From NCBI GenBank assembly GCA_964640345.1, contig CAZXFU010000002.1, positions 1 through 32,000 on the forward strand: a stretch of 32,000 nucleotides of DNA. The letters run 5' to 3'. Both the position numbers and the translations under genes were made by a program. This stretch comes from an uncultured Eubacteriales bacterium. GTDB taxonomy: Bacteria > Bacillota > Clostridia > TANB77 > RGIG9151. The notes under the pieces were generated by a model. That model worked only from the letters and a program-made list of their open reading frames with translations, had not been told where the DNA came from and did no database searches. Shown one piece after another: positions 1-10,068 of the stretch; the stretch's first letter is position 1; each line of letters begins with the position of its first letter.

Positions 1-166
1 TTACTGCCTTACCGATTTGAGCCGCTGTTGCTTTATCTGCTCTTACTTGCATTCTTTGCTGGATTCCTGAAAAATTAGGAATAGCAATCAACATAATTAT
101 TGCTAATATCGCTATAACAATAATTAATTCTACTAGGGTAAAACCTTTGTTACTTGATTTTTTCAT
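1..166 (-). CDS. Type IV pilin / pseudopilin, N-terminal part only (gene continues past the left edge of the window)
   Basis: My reverse-complement translation from the ATG at 166-164 gives MKKSSNKGFTLVELIIVIAILAIIMLIAIPNFSGIQQRMQVRADKATAAQIGKAV. This is a short basic prepilin leader, the G|FTLVE cleavage/N-methylation motif, and a hydrophobic helix. An AGGAGG SD (rc of 173-178) sits about 7 nt upstream. The gene lies directly downstream of pilC. Confidence 0.85.
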   Translation of the reverse strand, partial: MKKSSNKGFTLVELIIVIAILAIIMLIAIPNFSGIQQRMQVRADKATAAQIGKAV

Positions 167-239
167 CTTACTTCCTCCTTTTAAATTTAATGCAAAATAT
201 ATACACATTCTCTGTTATCAAAGAAATGGTATCAAATTA

Positions 240-1454
240 TTATCCTATACTGTTGTATAAAGAAAGCATAGGCTGTAGCACAGACATTACTATAAATCCA
301 ACCGTACCCGCTAATATTATAATTATAAGCGGTTCAAGTAACGTTGTAAGTCTTTCGGATAAATTTGCAACTTCGTCATCATAAAAGTCAGCACACTTAT
401 CCATCATCTCATCTAATGCACCCGTCTCTTCTCCGGTCCTTATAAGTGAAACAACCATCCTCGGGAAAAGCTTCATATTCTGTATAGGAGTAGATAATGA
501 CTTACCGGCAGCCACCTCATCGGCAACCTTCATCAATCCTCTTTCAACAACCTTATTATTAACAACCTTTGAAGAAAACTCGATTGATTTTAACATCGGT
601 ACACCGGTTTTAATCATAATACTAAGTGTTCTGGTAAATCTTGCAACAATGGATTTGAGGATTATATTCTTTAAAATCGGAATGCTCATCAAAATCGTAT
701 CTTTTTTAAACTTTCCTCTAGGCGTAGATATGTACTTTCCAATGCCAGCAACAACTATAATCAAACCTATAAGTATAACCCACCACCACTTATTAAAAAA
801 GCCACTTACCGCAATTAACATCCTGGTAGTCCACGGTAATTCAACGCCTAACCCTTTAAACATACTTTCAAACTGAGGAACAACCTGCGTTATCAAAATA
901 TATACAACGACAATTGTAACTACAAGGACAACACAAGGGTAAACCATAGCATTTCTAACTTTTTCAATAGTCTTGTTGTCTTTCTCGTAATAATTAGCCA
1001 TACGTTCCATAACATCATCCAAAAAGCCACCGGCTTCACCAGCCTCCACCATATTAACAAACAAATCAGGCAACCTCTTAGTAGTCCTCATAGCCTCCGA
1101 CAGCGATAAGCCCTTTAAAACCTCTTGGTAAGTCATCTCTACAACTTTTCTCGTAGCTTTTTGATCAAGTTGATCTCGCAGTATGTCTAAAGCTCCCGAC
1201 ACTGAAACACCGGCTCTAAGTAACATTGAAAATTGCCTTGCAAACAAGGCAACTTGCTTAGAAGGTAACGTACCATTGGCAAAAACTTCTATGTCCTTAT
1301 CAAAAATGGTCTCTTCTTTTATCGAAACTAAATAATACCCTTTCGCCTTTAACATTGAAGCAACCGAATCATTGCTGAGACCTTCTATTTTCTGCTTCAT
1401 TTTCTGACCATTTTTGTCAATAACAACGCAAACATACTTAGGCAACTTTTTCAC
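240..1454 (-). CDS. pilC: Type IV pilus assembly platform protein (GspF/PilC family)
   Basis: The 404-aa ORF has the duplicated GspF-type domain with three TM segments, and the typical N-terminus KYVCVVIDKNGQKMKQKIEGLSNDSVASMLKAKGYYLVSIKE. It is followed by a pilin gene. The start is ambiguous: the GTG at 1454 directly abuts the GAGGGG SD, while the TTG at 1445 has 8-nt spacing. Confidence 0.85.
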   Translation of the reverse strand: MKKLPKYVCVVIDKNGQKMKQKIEGLSNDSVASMLKAKGYYLVSIKEETIFDKDIEVFANGTLPSKQVALFARQFSMLLRAGVSVSGALDILRDQLDQKATRKVVEMTYQEVLKGLSLSEAMRTTKRLPDLFVNMVEAGEAGGFLDDVMERMANYYEKDNKTIEKVRNAMVYPCVVLVVTIVVVYILITQVVPQFESMFKGLGVELPWTTRMLIAVSGFFNKWWWVILIGLIIVVAGIGKYISTPRGKFKKDTILMSIPILKNIILKSIVARFTRTLSIMIKTGVPMLKSIEFSSKVVNNKVVERGLMKVADEVAAGKSLSTPIQNMKLFPRMVVSLIRTGEETGALDEMMDKCADFYDDEVANLSERLTTLLEPLIIIILAGTVGFIVMSVLQPMLSLYNSIG

Positions 1455-1500
1455 CCCTCTATAAACACGTACAAAACTACTATCGGCATTATAAGGCTAA

Positions 1501-1529
1501 ACTTTAGCATTCTTCTAACTTTTTTGCAA
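1501..1529 (-). promoter_or_regulatory. Candidate sigma-A promoter for pilC (TTGCAA-17 nt-TAAAGT on the minus strand)
   Basis: Read on the minus strand: -35 TTGCAA (1529-1524), a 17-nt spacer, and -10 TAAAGT (1506-1501). It lies in the 226-nt gap between the mutS terminator and pilC. This is a pattern match only. Confidence 0.25.
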
Positions 1530-1640
1530 AAAAACACATAAAGACTAACTTTTATAATGATTTTATTCTATCATTTTCTATAAAACCCTTTCGGCAAAAT
1601 TTAAACAAAAATTTAATGCTTTTTTCCTCTTTAACATAAA

Positions 1641-1674
1641 AATAATACCGTCAGAATTTTCTGACGGTATTATT
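1641..1674 (-). terminator. Rho-independent terminator downstream of mutS
   Basis: Perfect hairpin AATAATACCGTCAGA / TCTGACGGTATTATT with a 4-nt loop. It starts 7 nt after the mutS stop codon and is T-rich on the minus-strand 3' side (TTATTTTTATG). Confidence 0.7.
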
Positions 1675-1680
1675 TTTATG

Positions 1681-4278
1681 TTAATTAGGCAATTCTTCCT
1701 TTAACTTATATAAAATATTAAGAGCATCAATTGGCGTAACCCCGTCTAACTTAAGTCTTTCAAGCTCATCGGCAATTTTTACGCCTTTTATATTAAACAT
1801 ATCAACCTGTCCGACAATAGCATTTGACTTATTAATATCTTTTGTGTTTTTCTTGCTAATATCCGCATCCTCAAGTTGCTTCATAACCTCTTTTGCTCGA
1901 TTTACAACAGCATATGGAACACCCGCCAGTTTTGCAACATGAATTCCATAACTTCTGTCTACTCCTCCACGCAAAATTTTTCTAAGGAAAATTACATCAT
2001 CACCTTTCTCCTTAACAGAAATGCAATAATTCTTAACTCCATCAACTTTATTTTCAAGTTCCGTAAGCTCATGATAATGCGTTGCAAACAACGTACGTGC
2101 ATGAATTTTTTCACTAATATATTCAACCACAGACCAAGCAATACTAAGTCCGTCAAAGGTACTAGTTCCTCTTCCTATCTCATCTAAAACAATCAAACTG
2201 CTTGACGTAGCATTATTTAAAATATTAGCGACTTCAGCCATCTCAACCATAAATGTAGATTGCCCCATCGCTAAATCATCAGACGCACCTACCCTTGTAA
2301 AAATTCTATCTGCAATACCGATTTTTGCATAACTTGCAGGTACAAAACTTCCCACCTGTGCCATAAGCGTAATCAAAGCGACCTGTCTCATATATGTTGA
2401 CTTACCCGCCATATTCGGTCCGGTAATAATATCAATCTTATTATCTTCAAAATCCAAAAAAGTATCATTTGGCACAAACTCGCCGTCTTTAATACATTTT
2501 TCAACGACAGGATGCCTTCCATCTTTTATATCAATTATCCCGCAATCATCAACAACAGGTCTTACGTAATTATTCTTTTCGGCAACCTCAGCTAAAGAAG
2601 TAAGCACATCAATATTAGCTATCACAGAAGCTGTTTTTTGTAGTCTTTCAACCTGATCAGCCGCATAACTTCTTACTTTACAGAACAAATCATACTCAAG
2701 AGAAATAATTTTCTCCTCCGCACCGACAATCGTATCTTCAAGCTCTTTTAATTCCTGAATTATATAACGCTCTTTATCAACTAACGTCTGTTTCCTTATA
2801 TATTCCTTTGGAACTAGGTCGTAATAAGAACGAGTAACTTCTATGTAATATCCAAAAACTTTATTAAAAGCAATCTTTAAGTTCTTTATACCGGTTTTTT
2901 CTCTCTCTCTTGTTTCCATTTCAGCAATTATGTTTTTACCGTTAGAACCAATATACCTTAATTTATCCACTTCTTCATTATAACCGGTTTTTATAAGATT
3001 TCCTTCTTTAGTAAGTATCGGCGGATCGTCTGTTATAGCCTTTTCAATTAAATCAGCCACATCAGTATTTAAGTCAATTTCTGAAACAAGCCTTTTTATA
3101 AGTTCATCATCAATACGACTTAAAAGCTCCCTAACCTCGGGAAGCATCTTAAGAGATAATTTTAATGCAACTAAATCTCTTGCATTTGCACTTCCGTAAA
3201 CAATTCTGCCTGTAAGTCTCTCAATATCATAAATCTTATTAAGCTTATCTATAATATCCGAACGCAAAATAGGATTATTCTTTAAAAAAACAACAGCATT
3301 CAATCTCTCATTAATATTTTTAACATTAACAAGCGGTCTGTCTATCCAACTATGAAGAAGTCTGGCACCCATAGCAGTACTCGTTCTGTCTAATACCCAA
3401 AGTAAGCTTCCTTTTTTATTTTTGTCACGCATTGTTTCTGTAATTTCAAGATTTCTTCTAGTAGATATATCAATTTTCATAAATTTATCTGATTCATAAA
3501 CCTCTAAGTTATTTATATTATCAAGATTATTCTTTTGAATTTCAGTCAAATATTTAAGTAACGCTCCCGTTGCAATATATGCAATTACAAACTTATCCTT
3601 TGGCTTTTCAAAATTATCTATCTTCTTACTTATTACCTCAAATGCAGTATCCTTATCAAAGAACTCGTCTTCAAGCTTTGAAATATAAAGCCCGAACCGC
3701 TTTTTTATAGCTCCAATCTCATTTTCATTATTAAACATAGTAGAATTAACAACCATCTCAGACGGCTTAATTCTGGCAATTTCATCTAGAACATTATAAA
3801 AGCTGTTAGCTCCCGAAAACTCAGTACAAGATATCTCACCCGTACTAACATCGGCGTTGGCGAGCCCAAAACAATTTCCAACCTCATATACAGCACAAAT
3901 ATAATTGTTGTTCTTCTCGTCAAGCATAACTGCTTCGGTTACAGTTCCCGGAGTAATAACTCTAACAATATCCCTTTTCACTAAACCTTTAGCAAGTTTT
4001 GGATCTTCCATCTGCTCACAAATAGCAATTTTATATCCTTTTTTTATCAAACGGGAAATATATATATCCACCGCATGATACGGAATACCACACATCGGTG
4101 CACGTTCTTCAAGTCCGCAATCTTTTCCGGTTAATGTAAGTTCCAGCTCTTTTGACACTAAAACAGCATCATCAAAAAACATTTCATAAAAATCGCCCAA
4201 TCTAAAAAACAAAATTGCATCCTTATTTTTTTCTTTTATATCTAAATATTGCCTCATCATTGGCGTAACTTCAGCCAT
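1681..4278 (-). CDS. mutS: DNA mismatch repair protein MutS
   Basis: 865 aa. Canonical N-terminus MAEVTPMMRQYLDIKE...FFRLGDFYEMF, Walker A GPNMAGKSTYMRQ, and the FATHYHELT motif. Confidence 0.97.
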   Translation of the reverse strand: MAEVTPMMRQYLDIKEKNKDAILFFRLGDFYEMFFDDAVLVSKELELTLTGKDCGLEERAPMCGIPYHAVDIYISRLIKKGYKIAICEQMEDPKLAKGLVKRDIVRVITPGTVTEAVMLDEKNNNYICAVYEVGNCFGLANADVSTGEISCTEFSGANSFYNVLDEIARIKPSEMVVNSTMFNNENEIGAIKKRFGLYISKLEDEFFDKDTAFEVISKKIDNFEKPKDKFVIAYIATGALLKYLTEIQKNNLDNINNLEVYESDKFMKIDISTRRNLEITETMRDKNKKGSLLWVLDRTSTAMGARLLHSWIDRPLVNVKNINERLNAVVFLKNNPILRSDIIDKLNKIYDIERLTGRIVYGSANARDLVALKLSLKMLPEVRELLSRIDDELIKRLVSEIDLNTDVADLIEKAITDDPPILTKEGNLIKTGYNEEVDKLRYIGSNGKNIIAEMETREREKTGIKNLKIAFNKVFGYYIEVTRSYYDLVPKEYIRKQTLVDKERYIIQELKELEDTIVGAEEKIISLEYDLFCKVRSYAADQVERLQKTASVIANIDVLTSLAEVAEKNNYVRPVVDDCGIIDIKDGRHPVVEKCIKDGEFVPNDTFLDFEDNKIDIITGPNMAGKSTYMRQVALITLMAQVGSFVPASYAKIGIADRIFTRVGASDDLAMGQSTFMVEMAEVANILNNATSSSLIVLDEIGRGTSTFDGLSIAWSVVEYISEKIHARTLFATHYHELTELENKVDGVKNYCISVKEKGDDVIFLRKILRGGVDRSYGIHVAKLAGVPYAVVNRAKEVMKQLEDADISKKNTKDINKSNAIVGQVDMFNIKGVKIADELERLKLDGVTPIDALNILYKLKEELPN

Positions 4279-4307
4279 TCTCTCTCTCCTTATCCTTACA
4301 AAATGTC

Positions 4308-5402
4308 TTATTTCATTTCAGCTTTTAACAATTTTATTTTATTTCCAATATCTATTCCATCTTCAGAATTATCATTTCCCAATATGTATTCTGAGAATTT
4401 TCCATTTTCAGCTTCAGTAGCCGGATACACAACCTTCTTAATTCTAATTCTTGACTTCTCTATACATTCTCTTAAATACCCGTTTTCATCTCTTTCAAAC
4501 ATTGTTATAAACCTATTAACATCCGGTACCTTCAAAAACTCAACAAAAAAGTTCTTATTCAATGTAGAAGATATAATTAAAGCAATCTTTAACAATTGAG
4601 CAGTACGAACAACTTCGGCTTTTCCTAAACTAAGTTTGCCTTGTTCATCAATTTCAACATTCTTCAAAAATCCTTCAAACCTGTTATAATATAACGCATT
4701 AATAACCTCATCAATATCCGCTTTCTCGTTTTCGGCTCTAAAGCTATACTCATCTTCACTTTCTACAGCATCATAAACACCTACTAAAGACCTTGCAAAC
4801 ATCTCTCTTCTCTTTAATGTTTCTTTTGAAAAATTTTCTCTCGTACCTCTTACAAAACCGCCTTCACGTAAAAGCATTTCTGAAATAGTATTAAAAACAA
4901 CCCCGTTCCTAAATCTCACAATAGAATTTATTTTCTTCTCAAGCTCTCTTTCAATCTTATCTTTAGCATCCTCAGACAGTTTATTTTCCTGACAATACTT
5001 TTGGTTCTGACTATTAAAATATTTTTCCATATCTGAAAAAACATCTTGAATAAAAACAGCACCATACTTACTTAAAAGCTTATTATAATCATCTTCTCCC
5101 GATTTTTCAATCTGTAATAAGATAAGTTCATAATAAAACATTTCGCAGTCATAATACTCTTTTTTGCTTTTTTCATTCTCATCTTTTAAAATATTCTTTT
5201 GAATTATTTTTTTTAGATCAAACAGCATCTCATCAAATAATTCATGAATATTTTTTTCGCTTCCGTCTAAATTGTACTGCTTTTCAAGTAACGGATATGT
5301 ATAGAGAAGCTTAATAAACTCATCTCTTTTCATATCTTTTTTTTCTGAAATAACACTATTTACCGTATAAAATGCATCAGGACACAAATAACCGTCTAAC
5401 AT
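4308..5402 (-). CDS. Hypothetical protein, 364 aa, soluble and predicted mostly helical; no motif I recognise
   Basis: Long ORF with an ATG start and a G-rich SD-like tract (GGGGG) about 7 nt upstream. It is packed between miaB (15-nt gap) and mutS (29-nt gap) on the same strand. Composition and codon usage look native. Confidence 0.7.
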   Translation of the reverse strand: MLDGYLCPDAFYTVNSVISEKKDMKRDEFIKLLYTYPLLEKQYNLDGSEKNIHELFDEMLFDLKKIIQKNILKDENEKSKKEYYDCEMFYYELILLQIEKSGEDDYNKLLSKYGAVFIQDVFSDMEKYFNSQNQKYCQENKLSEDAKDKIERELEKKINSIVRFRNGVVFNTISEMLLREGGFVRGTRENFSKETLKRREMFARSLVGVYDAVESEDEYSFRAENEKADIDEVINALYYNRFEGFLKNVEIDEQGKLSLGKAEVVRTAQLLKIALIISSTLNKNFFVEFLKVPDVNRFITMFERDENGYLRECIEKSRIRIKKVVYPATEAENGKFSEYILGNDNSEDGIDIGNKIKLLKAEMK

Positions 5403-5417
5403 ACCTCAACCCCCAAA

Positions 5418-6848
5418 TTAATTTTCCAAGCACTCTCCGGTAAGATACCATTTTCTCTGCTCGGTAATCTTTAGTTTTATCATCTTTCCTATTAATTCAG
5501 GTTCTCCTTCGAAATTTACTACTTTTCCTCCATCAGTTCTTCCCGTTAACATTTCATCATTTTTTTCGCTATATCCTTCAACTAAAACCTTTTGAACAGT
5601 TCCTACCAATTTTTCATTTTCTTCTTCCAAAATACTATTAACCAAATTAATAAGTCTACCAATTCTCTCCGATTTCACACCTTCATCAATTTGATCAGGC
5701 ATTTTATCGGCAGGCGTTCCAACTCTCCTTGAATAAACAAAGGTAAACGCCGAATAATATCTAACTTTTTTAACAACATCCATAGTATCTAAAAAGTCTT
5801 CCTCTGTCTCACCCGGAAATCCAACAATAATATCCGTAGTAAATAAAACATCCGGAATCGCTTTCCTTATCTTATCCGCTAACGCAAGATATTGCTCTTT
5901 ATTATATTTTCTATTCATTCTTCTTAAAATCTCACTGCTTCCGGACTGAAGAGGCAAATGAATACATTTTGAAATCTTTTCTTCCCTTGCAATAAGATTT
6001 ATTAATTCATCTGAAAAATCCTTTGGATGTGGACTTACAAACCTTATTCTCTCAATTCCGTCGACTTTGCAAACTTCCTCTAAAAGGCTTGCAAACGAAA
6101 CAAAATCCTCTAAATCTTTGCCATACGAATTAACATTCTGACCAAGTAACGTAATTTCCTTATATCCGTCATTTGCAAGTTCTCTTACCTCTTCTAGGAT
6201 TTTTTCAGGTCTACGGCTTCTCTCACGCCCTCTAACATACGGGACTATACAATATGAGCAAAAATTATTGCAACCGTACATTATTGTAACGGAAGCCTTA
6301 ATTTTACTTTCTCTCCTTATAGGGATATCTTCCGCAATTGTACCGTCCATATTCCAGATTTCTATCATTTTCTTATTTTCAGTTATTGATTTGTACAAAA
6401 GTTCCGGGAACTGGTACAAATTATGCGTTCCAAAAATCAAATTCAGATGTTGTCCATGTGTTTTGTTAAACTTCTCCACCATATGAGGTTCTTGAGCCAT
6501 ACACCCGCATAATCCTATAATCATATCCGGTTTTGTTCTCTTTAACGCCTTAAAATATCCAAGTTGACCTAAAATTTTATCTTCAGCATTTTCTCTTACA
6601 CAACATGTATTAAAGATAACTAAGTCCGCTTCTTCCGGCTTATCCGTAAAAATATATCCCATTTCTTCTATCATACCGGAAAGCTTTTCAGACTCATTCT
6701 CGTTTAATTGGCAACCCATGGTATATATATGATATTTCTTGCCTACCATAATTTCTCTAACTTTTTTAGTAAAATCTTTTTGCTCATTTATTTCTTTATC
6801 TGTCAATACTTTAATTGCCACACTACACAAACCCTTTCTTAAAATCAC
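5418..6848 (-). CDS. miaB: tRNA (i6A37) methylthiotransferase MiaB
   Basis: N-terminal UPF0004 motif KKYHIYTMGCQLNENESE, radical-SAM cluster CNNFCSYCIVPYVRG, and a C-terminal TRAM-like domain. The exact start is uncertain: the GTG at 6848 overlaps the gatB stop in TAGTG, and an alternative GTG lies 9 codons downstream after GAAAGGG. Confidence 0.92.
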   Translation of the reverse strand: MILRKGLCSVAIKVLTDKEINEQKDFTKKVREIMVGKKYHIYTMGCQLNENESEKLSGMIEEMGYIFTDKPEEADLVIFNTCCVRENAEDKILGQLGYFKALKRTKPDMIIGLCGCMAQEPHMVEKFNKTHGQHLNLIFGTHNLYQFPELLYKSITENKKMIEIWNMDGTIAEDIPIRRESKIKASVTIMYGCNNFCSYCIVPYVRGRERSRRPEKILEEVRELANDGYKEITLLGQNVNSYGKDLEDFVSFASLLEEVCKVDGIERIRFVSPHPKDFSDELINLIAREEKISKCIHLPLQSGSSEILRRMNRKYNKEQYLALADKIRKAIPDVLFTTDIIVGFPGETEEDFLDTMDVVKKVRYYSAFTFVYSRRVGTPADKMPDQIDEGVKSERIGRLINLVNSILEEENEKLVGTVQKVLVEGYSEKNDEMLTGRTDGGKVVNFEGEPELIGKMIKLKITEQRKWYLTGECLEN

Positions 6849-8278
6849 TATTTTTCAAGTTTTTCCCTTATTAAGTTATTAATAATCTGAGGATTGCCTT
6901 TTCCCTTGCTTTCCTTCATAACCTGACCAACCAAAAATCCAACAACATTAGTTTTTCCCTTTTTATAATCTGCTATGGACTTTTCGTTTCTTTCTAAAAC
7001 AATGTCTATCATTTTAGATATTTCATCTTCATCATTTAATTGAGCCAAACCTTTTTCAGCAATAATTTCTTTAGCTGACTTTTGGGAACTAAGTATCTCC
7101 TCAAAAACAGTTTTTCCGGCAGTGTTACTAATCGTACCGTTTTCAATCTCTTTTATTAAATCCGCTAACTGCGTAGGGCTAATTCCCACCTCATCAATCG
7201 GCAAGTCCTTTTCGTTAATAATCTTAGAAATATCTCCTAAAATCCAGTTGCTAACGGTCTTTGGCGTAGCACCGAGTACAACTGTAGCCTCAAAAAACTT
7301 CGCCAGCTCTTTTGTATTAACAAGTAAATTGGCATCATACTCTGTAAGACCGTATTCTGCCAAATATCTTGCTTTCTTTTTATCCGGGAGCTCCGGTAAG
7401 CTCTTTCTCATTTCTTCAACATATTCCTTTGTTAATACAATAGGAACAAGATCCGGCTCCGGGAAATACCTGTAATCCTGAGCATTCTCTTTCGTTCTCA
7501 TAACAATGCTCTCGCCCTTGTCATCATCCCATCTTCTTGTTTCCTGATTTATTTTTTCCCCATTTTCAACAGCCTTAATTTGTCTTTTTATTTCATACTC
7601 AATAGCTCTTCCTGTGCCACTAAATGAGCTTATATTCTTCATTTCGGTTCTCTGACCAAAAACTTTCGAGCCTTTTTCCATGATTGATACGTTAACATCG
7701 CAACGAAGCGAACCTTCTTGCATCTTACAATCTGAAACTTCTATGTATCTTAAAATAGTTCTTATCTTTTCAAGAAGAGCCTTTGCCTCGTCAGCACTTC
7801 TCATATCCGGCTCTGTAACAATTTCAATAAGCGGTACACCGCAACGATTCATATCAACTAGCGACCCTGTCCCCCAAGCATTATGAAGAAGCTTTCCGGC
7901 ATCCTCTTCAATATGAATTCTTGTAATACCGATTCTTTTTATCTCACCGTTTACCTCAACATCTAAATATCCATTTTTACAAAGAGGCAAGTCATACTGA
8001 GAAATTTGATAAGCTTTTGGTAAATCAGGATAAAAATAATTCTTTCTGTCTTGCTTGCTAAAAAGCGATATTTCACAATTCATAGCAAGCCCTGCTTTTA
8101 CCGCATATTCAACAACTCTTTTATTCATAACTGGAAGCGTACCCGGCATACCGGTACAAATCGGGCAGCAATGAGTATTAACGTCGCCACCAAATTCAGT
8201 AGTACAACCACAAAATATTTTTGTCTTTGTAGACAACTCTGAATGTATCTCAAGTCCTATAACACTTTCATATTCCAT
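6848..8278 (-). CDS. gatB: Asp-tRNA(Asn)/Glu-tRNA(Gln) amidotransferase subunit B
   Basis: 476 aa. Hallmark N-terminus MEYESVIGLEIHSELSTKTKIFCGC and a C-terminal YqeY/GatB domain. It follows gatC-gatA in the order typical of the operon. Confidence 0.97.
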   Translation of the reverse strand: MEYESVIGLEIHSELSTKTKIFCGCTTEFGGDVNTHCCPICTGMPGTLPVMNKRVVEYAVKAGLAMNCEISLFSKQDRKNYFYPDLPKAYQISQYDLPLCKNGYLDVEVNGEIKRIGITRIHIEEDAGKLLHNAWGTGSLVDMNRCGVPLIEIVTEPDMRSADEAKALLEKIRTILRYIEVSDCKMQEGSLRCDVNVSIMEKGSKVFGQRTEMKNISSFSGTGRAIEYEIKRQIKAVENGEKINQETRRWDDDKGESIVMRTKENAQDYRYFPEPDLVPIVLTKEYVEEMRKSLPELPDKKKARYLAEYGLTEYDANLLVNTKELAKFFEATVVLGATPKTVSNWILGDISKIINEKDLPIDEVGISPTQLADLIKEIENGTISNTAGKTVFEEILSSQKSAKEIIAEKGLAQLNDEDEISKMIDIVLERNEKSIADYKKGKTNVVGFLVGQVMKESKGKGNPQIINNLIREKLEK

Positions 8279-8293
8279 AACCCTATACTCCTT

Positions 8294-9727
8294 CTATTTT
8301 TCTGTATTATATGCCACTCTTAAAATCGTATTTTCATCAAACGCTTTGCCTATAATTTGCATACCGATAGGTAATCCTTTACTATCAGTACCAACAGGTA
8401 CAGAAATTGCAGGAACACCGGCAATATTAACCGGCACGGTACAAATATCTGCTAAATACATTTCAAGCGGATTAGACGTCTTTTCTCCCAACTTAAAAGC
8501 TGTAGTAGGAACTGTAGGTCCAATTATAACATCATACTTTGAAAAAGCTTTGTTAAACTCATCAACAACAAGCGTCCTAGCCTTTAAAGCTTTATTATAA
8601 TAAGCATCATAATATCCGGCACTCAAAACATAAGTTCCAAGCATAATTCTTCTCTTTACCTCAGGTCCAAACCCTTCGCTTCTGCTATTTTCATACAATT
8701 CATTTAAACCTTCTGCTTTTTCACTTCTATAACCGTACTTAACGCCATCAAATCTAGATAAATTCGAACTTGCTTCTGCAGAAGACAAAATATAATAAAT
8801 AGACAAAGCATAATCAACAATCGGCATAGAAAATTCTTCTACAACCGCACCTTTTTCTTTTAGTTCGTTTACCTTATTTAAAACCGCTTCTTTAACTTCT
8901 TCGTTTATTCCATCGCCGAAAAACTCTTTAGGTAAACCTATTTTTAACCCTTTTACATCCTTTTTAAGAGCCTTAGTATAATCAACATCTCCAATATCAA
9001 CAGACGTCGAATCAGCTTCATCTCTGCCACATATTGCATTTAAAAGTAACGCCGTATCAGTAACATCCTTAGCAAAAGGTCCAATTTGATCTAAAGAAGA
9101 AGCAAACGCAACTAATCCAAATCTTGAAACTACACCGTAAGTAGGCTTTAATCCGACAACACCGCAAAAAGACGCAGGTTCACGAATAGATCCGCCTGTA
9201 TCAGAACCAAGTGCCAAAACAGTCTCCAAAGCAGCAACAGCAGCAGCAGAACCACCACTAGAACCACCTGGCACATAATCTGTATTATGAGGATTTGTAG
9301 TTTTCTGGAAAGCAGAATTTTCAGTAGACCCACCCATTGCAAATTCATCTAAATTAACCTTCCCAACTATAATACACTTATTTTCTTTTAACTTCTTAAT
9401 AACAGTCGCATCATATGGCGGAATAAAGTTTTCAAGCATCTTTGATGCACAAGTTGTCCTCATTCCCTTTGTGCAAATATTATCCTTAACGGCAACAGGA
9501 ATCCCCGCTAAAATAGGTAGTTCTTCGCCTTTATCAAAAGAAGACTGTATCTCTTTTGCTTGTGCTAAAGCATTTTCTTTGTCAAGTGAAAGATACGCCT
9601 TAATTTTAGGCTCTTTTTCTTCAATCCTTTTATAAATCGCATTTATAACTTCTGGGACCGTAGCTTCTTTATTTCTATACATTTTGGCAAGTTCATGTGC
9701 CGAATATTCATATAATTCCATATTCAA
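8294..9727 (-). CDS. gatA: Glu-tRNA(Gln) amidotransferase subunit A
   Basis: 477 aa. Amidase signature [12 protein letters not shown]. Positioned between gatC and gatB. Confidence 0.97.
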   Translation of the reverse strand: MNMELYEYSAHELAKMYRNKEATVPEVINAIYKRIEEKEPKIKAYLSLDKENALAQAKEIQSSFDKGEELPILAGIPVAVKDNICTKGMRTTCASKMLENFIPPYDATVIKKLKENKCIIVGKVNLDEFAMGGSTENSAFQKTTNPHNTDYVPGGSSGGSAAAVAALETVLALGSDTGGSIREPASFCGVVGLKPTYGVVSRFGLVAFASSLDQIGPFAKDVTDTALLLNAICGRDEADSTSVDIGDVDYTKALKKDVKGLKIGLPKEFFGDGINEEVKEAVLNKVNELKEKGAVVEEFSMPIVDYALSIYYILSSAEASSNLSRFDGVKYGYRSEKAEGLNELYENSRSEGFGPEVKRRIMLGTYVLSAGYYDAYYNKALKARTLVVDEFNKAFSKYDVIIGPTVPTTAFKLGEKTSNPLEMYLADICTVPVNIAGVPAISVPVGTDSKGLPIGMQIIGKAFDENTILRVAYNTEK

Positions 9728-9759
9728 AAATCATCCCTTCTTATTTTAACCAAAATCAA

Positions 9760-10056
9760 TTATTGTACAACACTAGGGACAACAAAACATCCAGCTTCCT
9801 TAACCGGAGCATTTTTTAAAATATCATCTCTACTGTACGATTCTTTAACTTCATCTTCTCTAAACACATTATTTACCTCTAAAATATGGTTTGTTGGCTT
9901 GATACCTTCCGTATCAAGTTCGCTTATCTTGTTAGCAAACTCAACAATATCTCCCATCTGCCCAACAAGTCTTTCTTTCTCTTCCGACGATAAATTTAAC
10001 TTTGCCAGACGTGCAACATACTCTATATCTTTATCTGTAATCATAAAATTATTCAC
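9760..10056 (-). CDS. gatC: Glu-tRNA(Gln) amidotransferase subunit C
   Basis: 98 aa. Typical GatC start (ITDKDIEYVARLAKLNLSSEEKE). Lies immediately upstream of gatA. Confidence 0.92.
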   Translation of the reverse strand: MNNFMITDKDIEYVARLAKLNLSSEEKERLVGQMGDIVEFANKISELDTEGIKPTNHILEVNNVFREDEVKESYSRDDILKNAPVKEAGCFVVPSVVQ

Positions 10057-10068
10057 CTCGTAATTTCA

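Noticed and set aside
154-384. Short ORFs antisense to annotated genes throughout the window (for example 154-384, 649-876, 1876-2187, 4249-4599, 6268-6486, 7122-7475, 10913-11245, 11499-11903, 15287-15619, 16905-17198, 29490-29882, 31144-31350)
   Set aside because: All lie inside, and antisense to, long ORFs with clear family identity. The products are Ser/Phe/Ile/Leu-rich with no motifs, as expected by chance in AT-rich DNA.
1455-1640. c-di-GMP riboswitch upstream of pilC
   Set aside because: The region is very AT-rich. It has only a trivial CC-GAAA-GG hairpin and no recognisable GEMM-I/II conserved core.
9148-9348. Same-strand alternative-frame ORFs inside gatA (9148-9348) and inside the HD gene (30352-30621)
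   Set aside because: They are embedded in confidently identified genes in a different frame. The translations are low-complexity (poly-Leu/Val), and there is no independent start signal.
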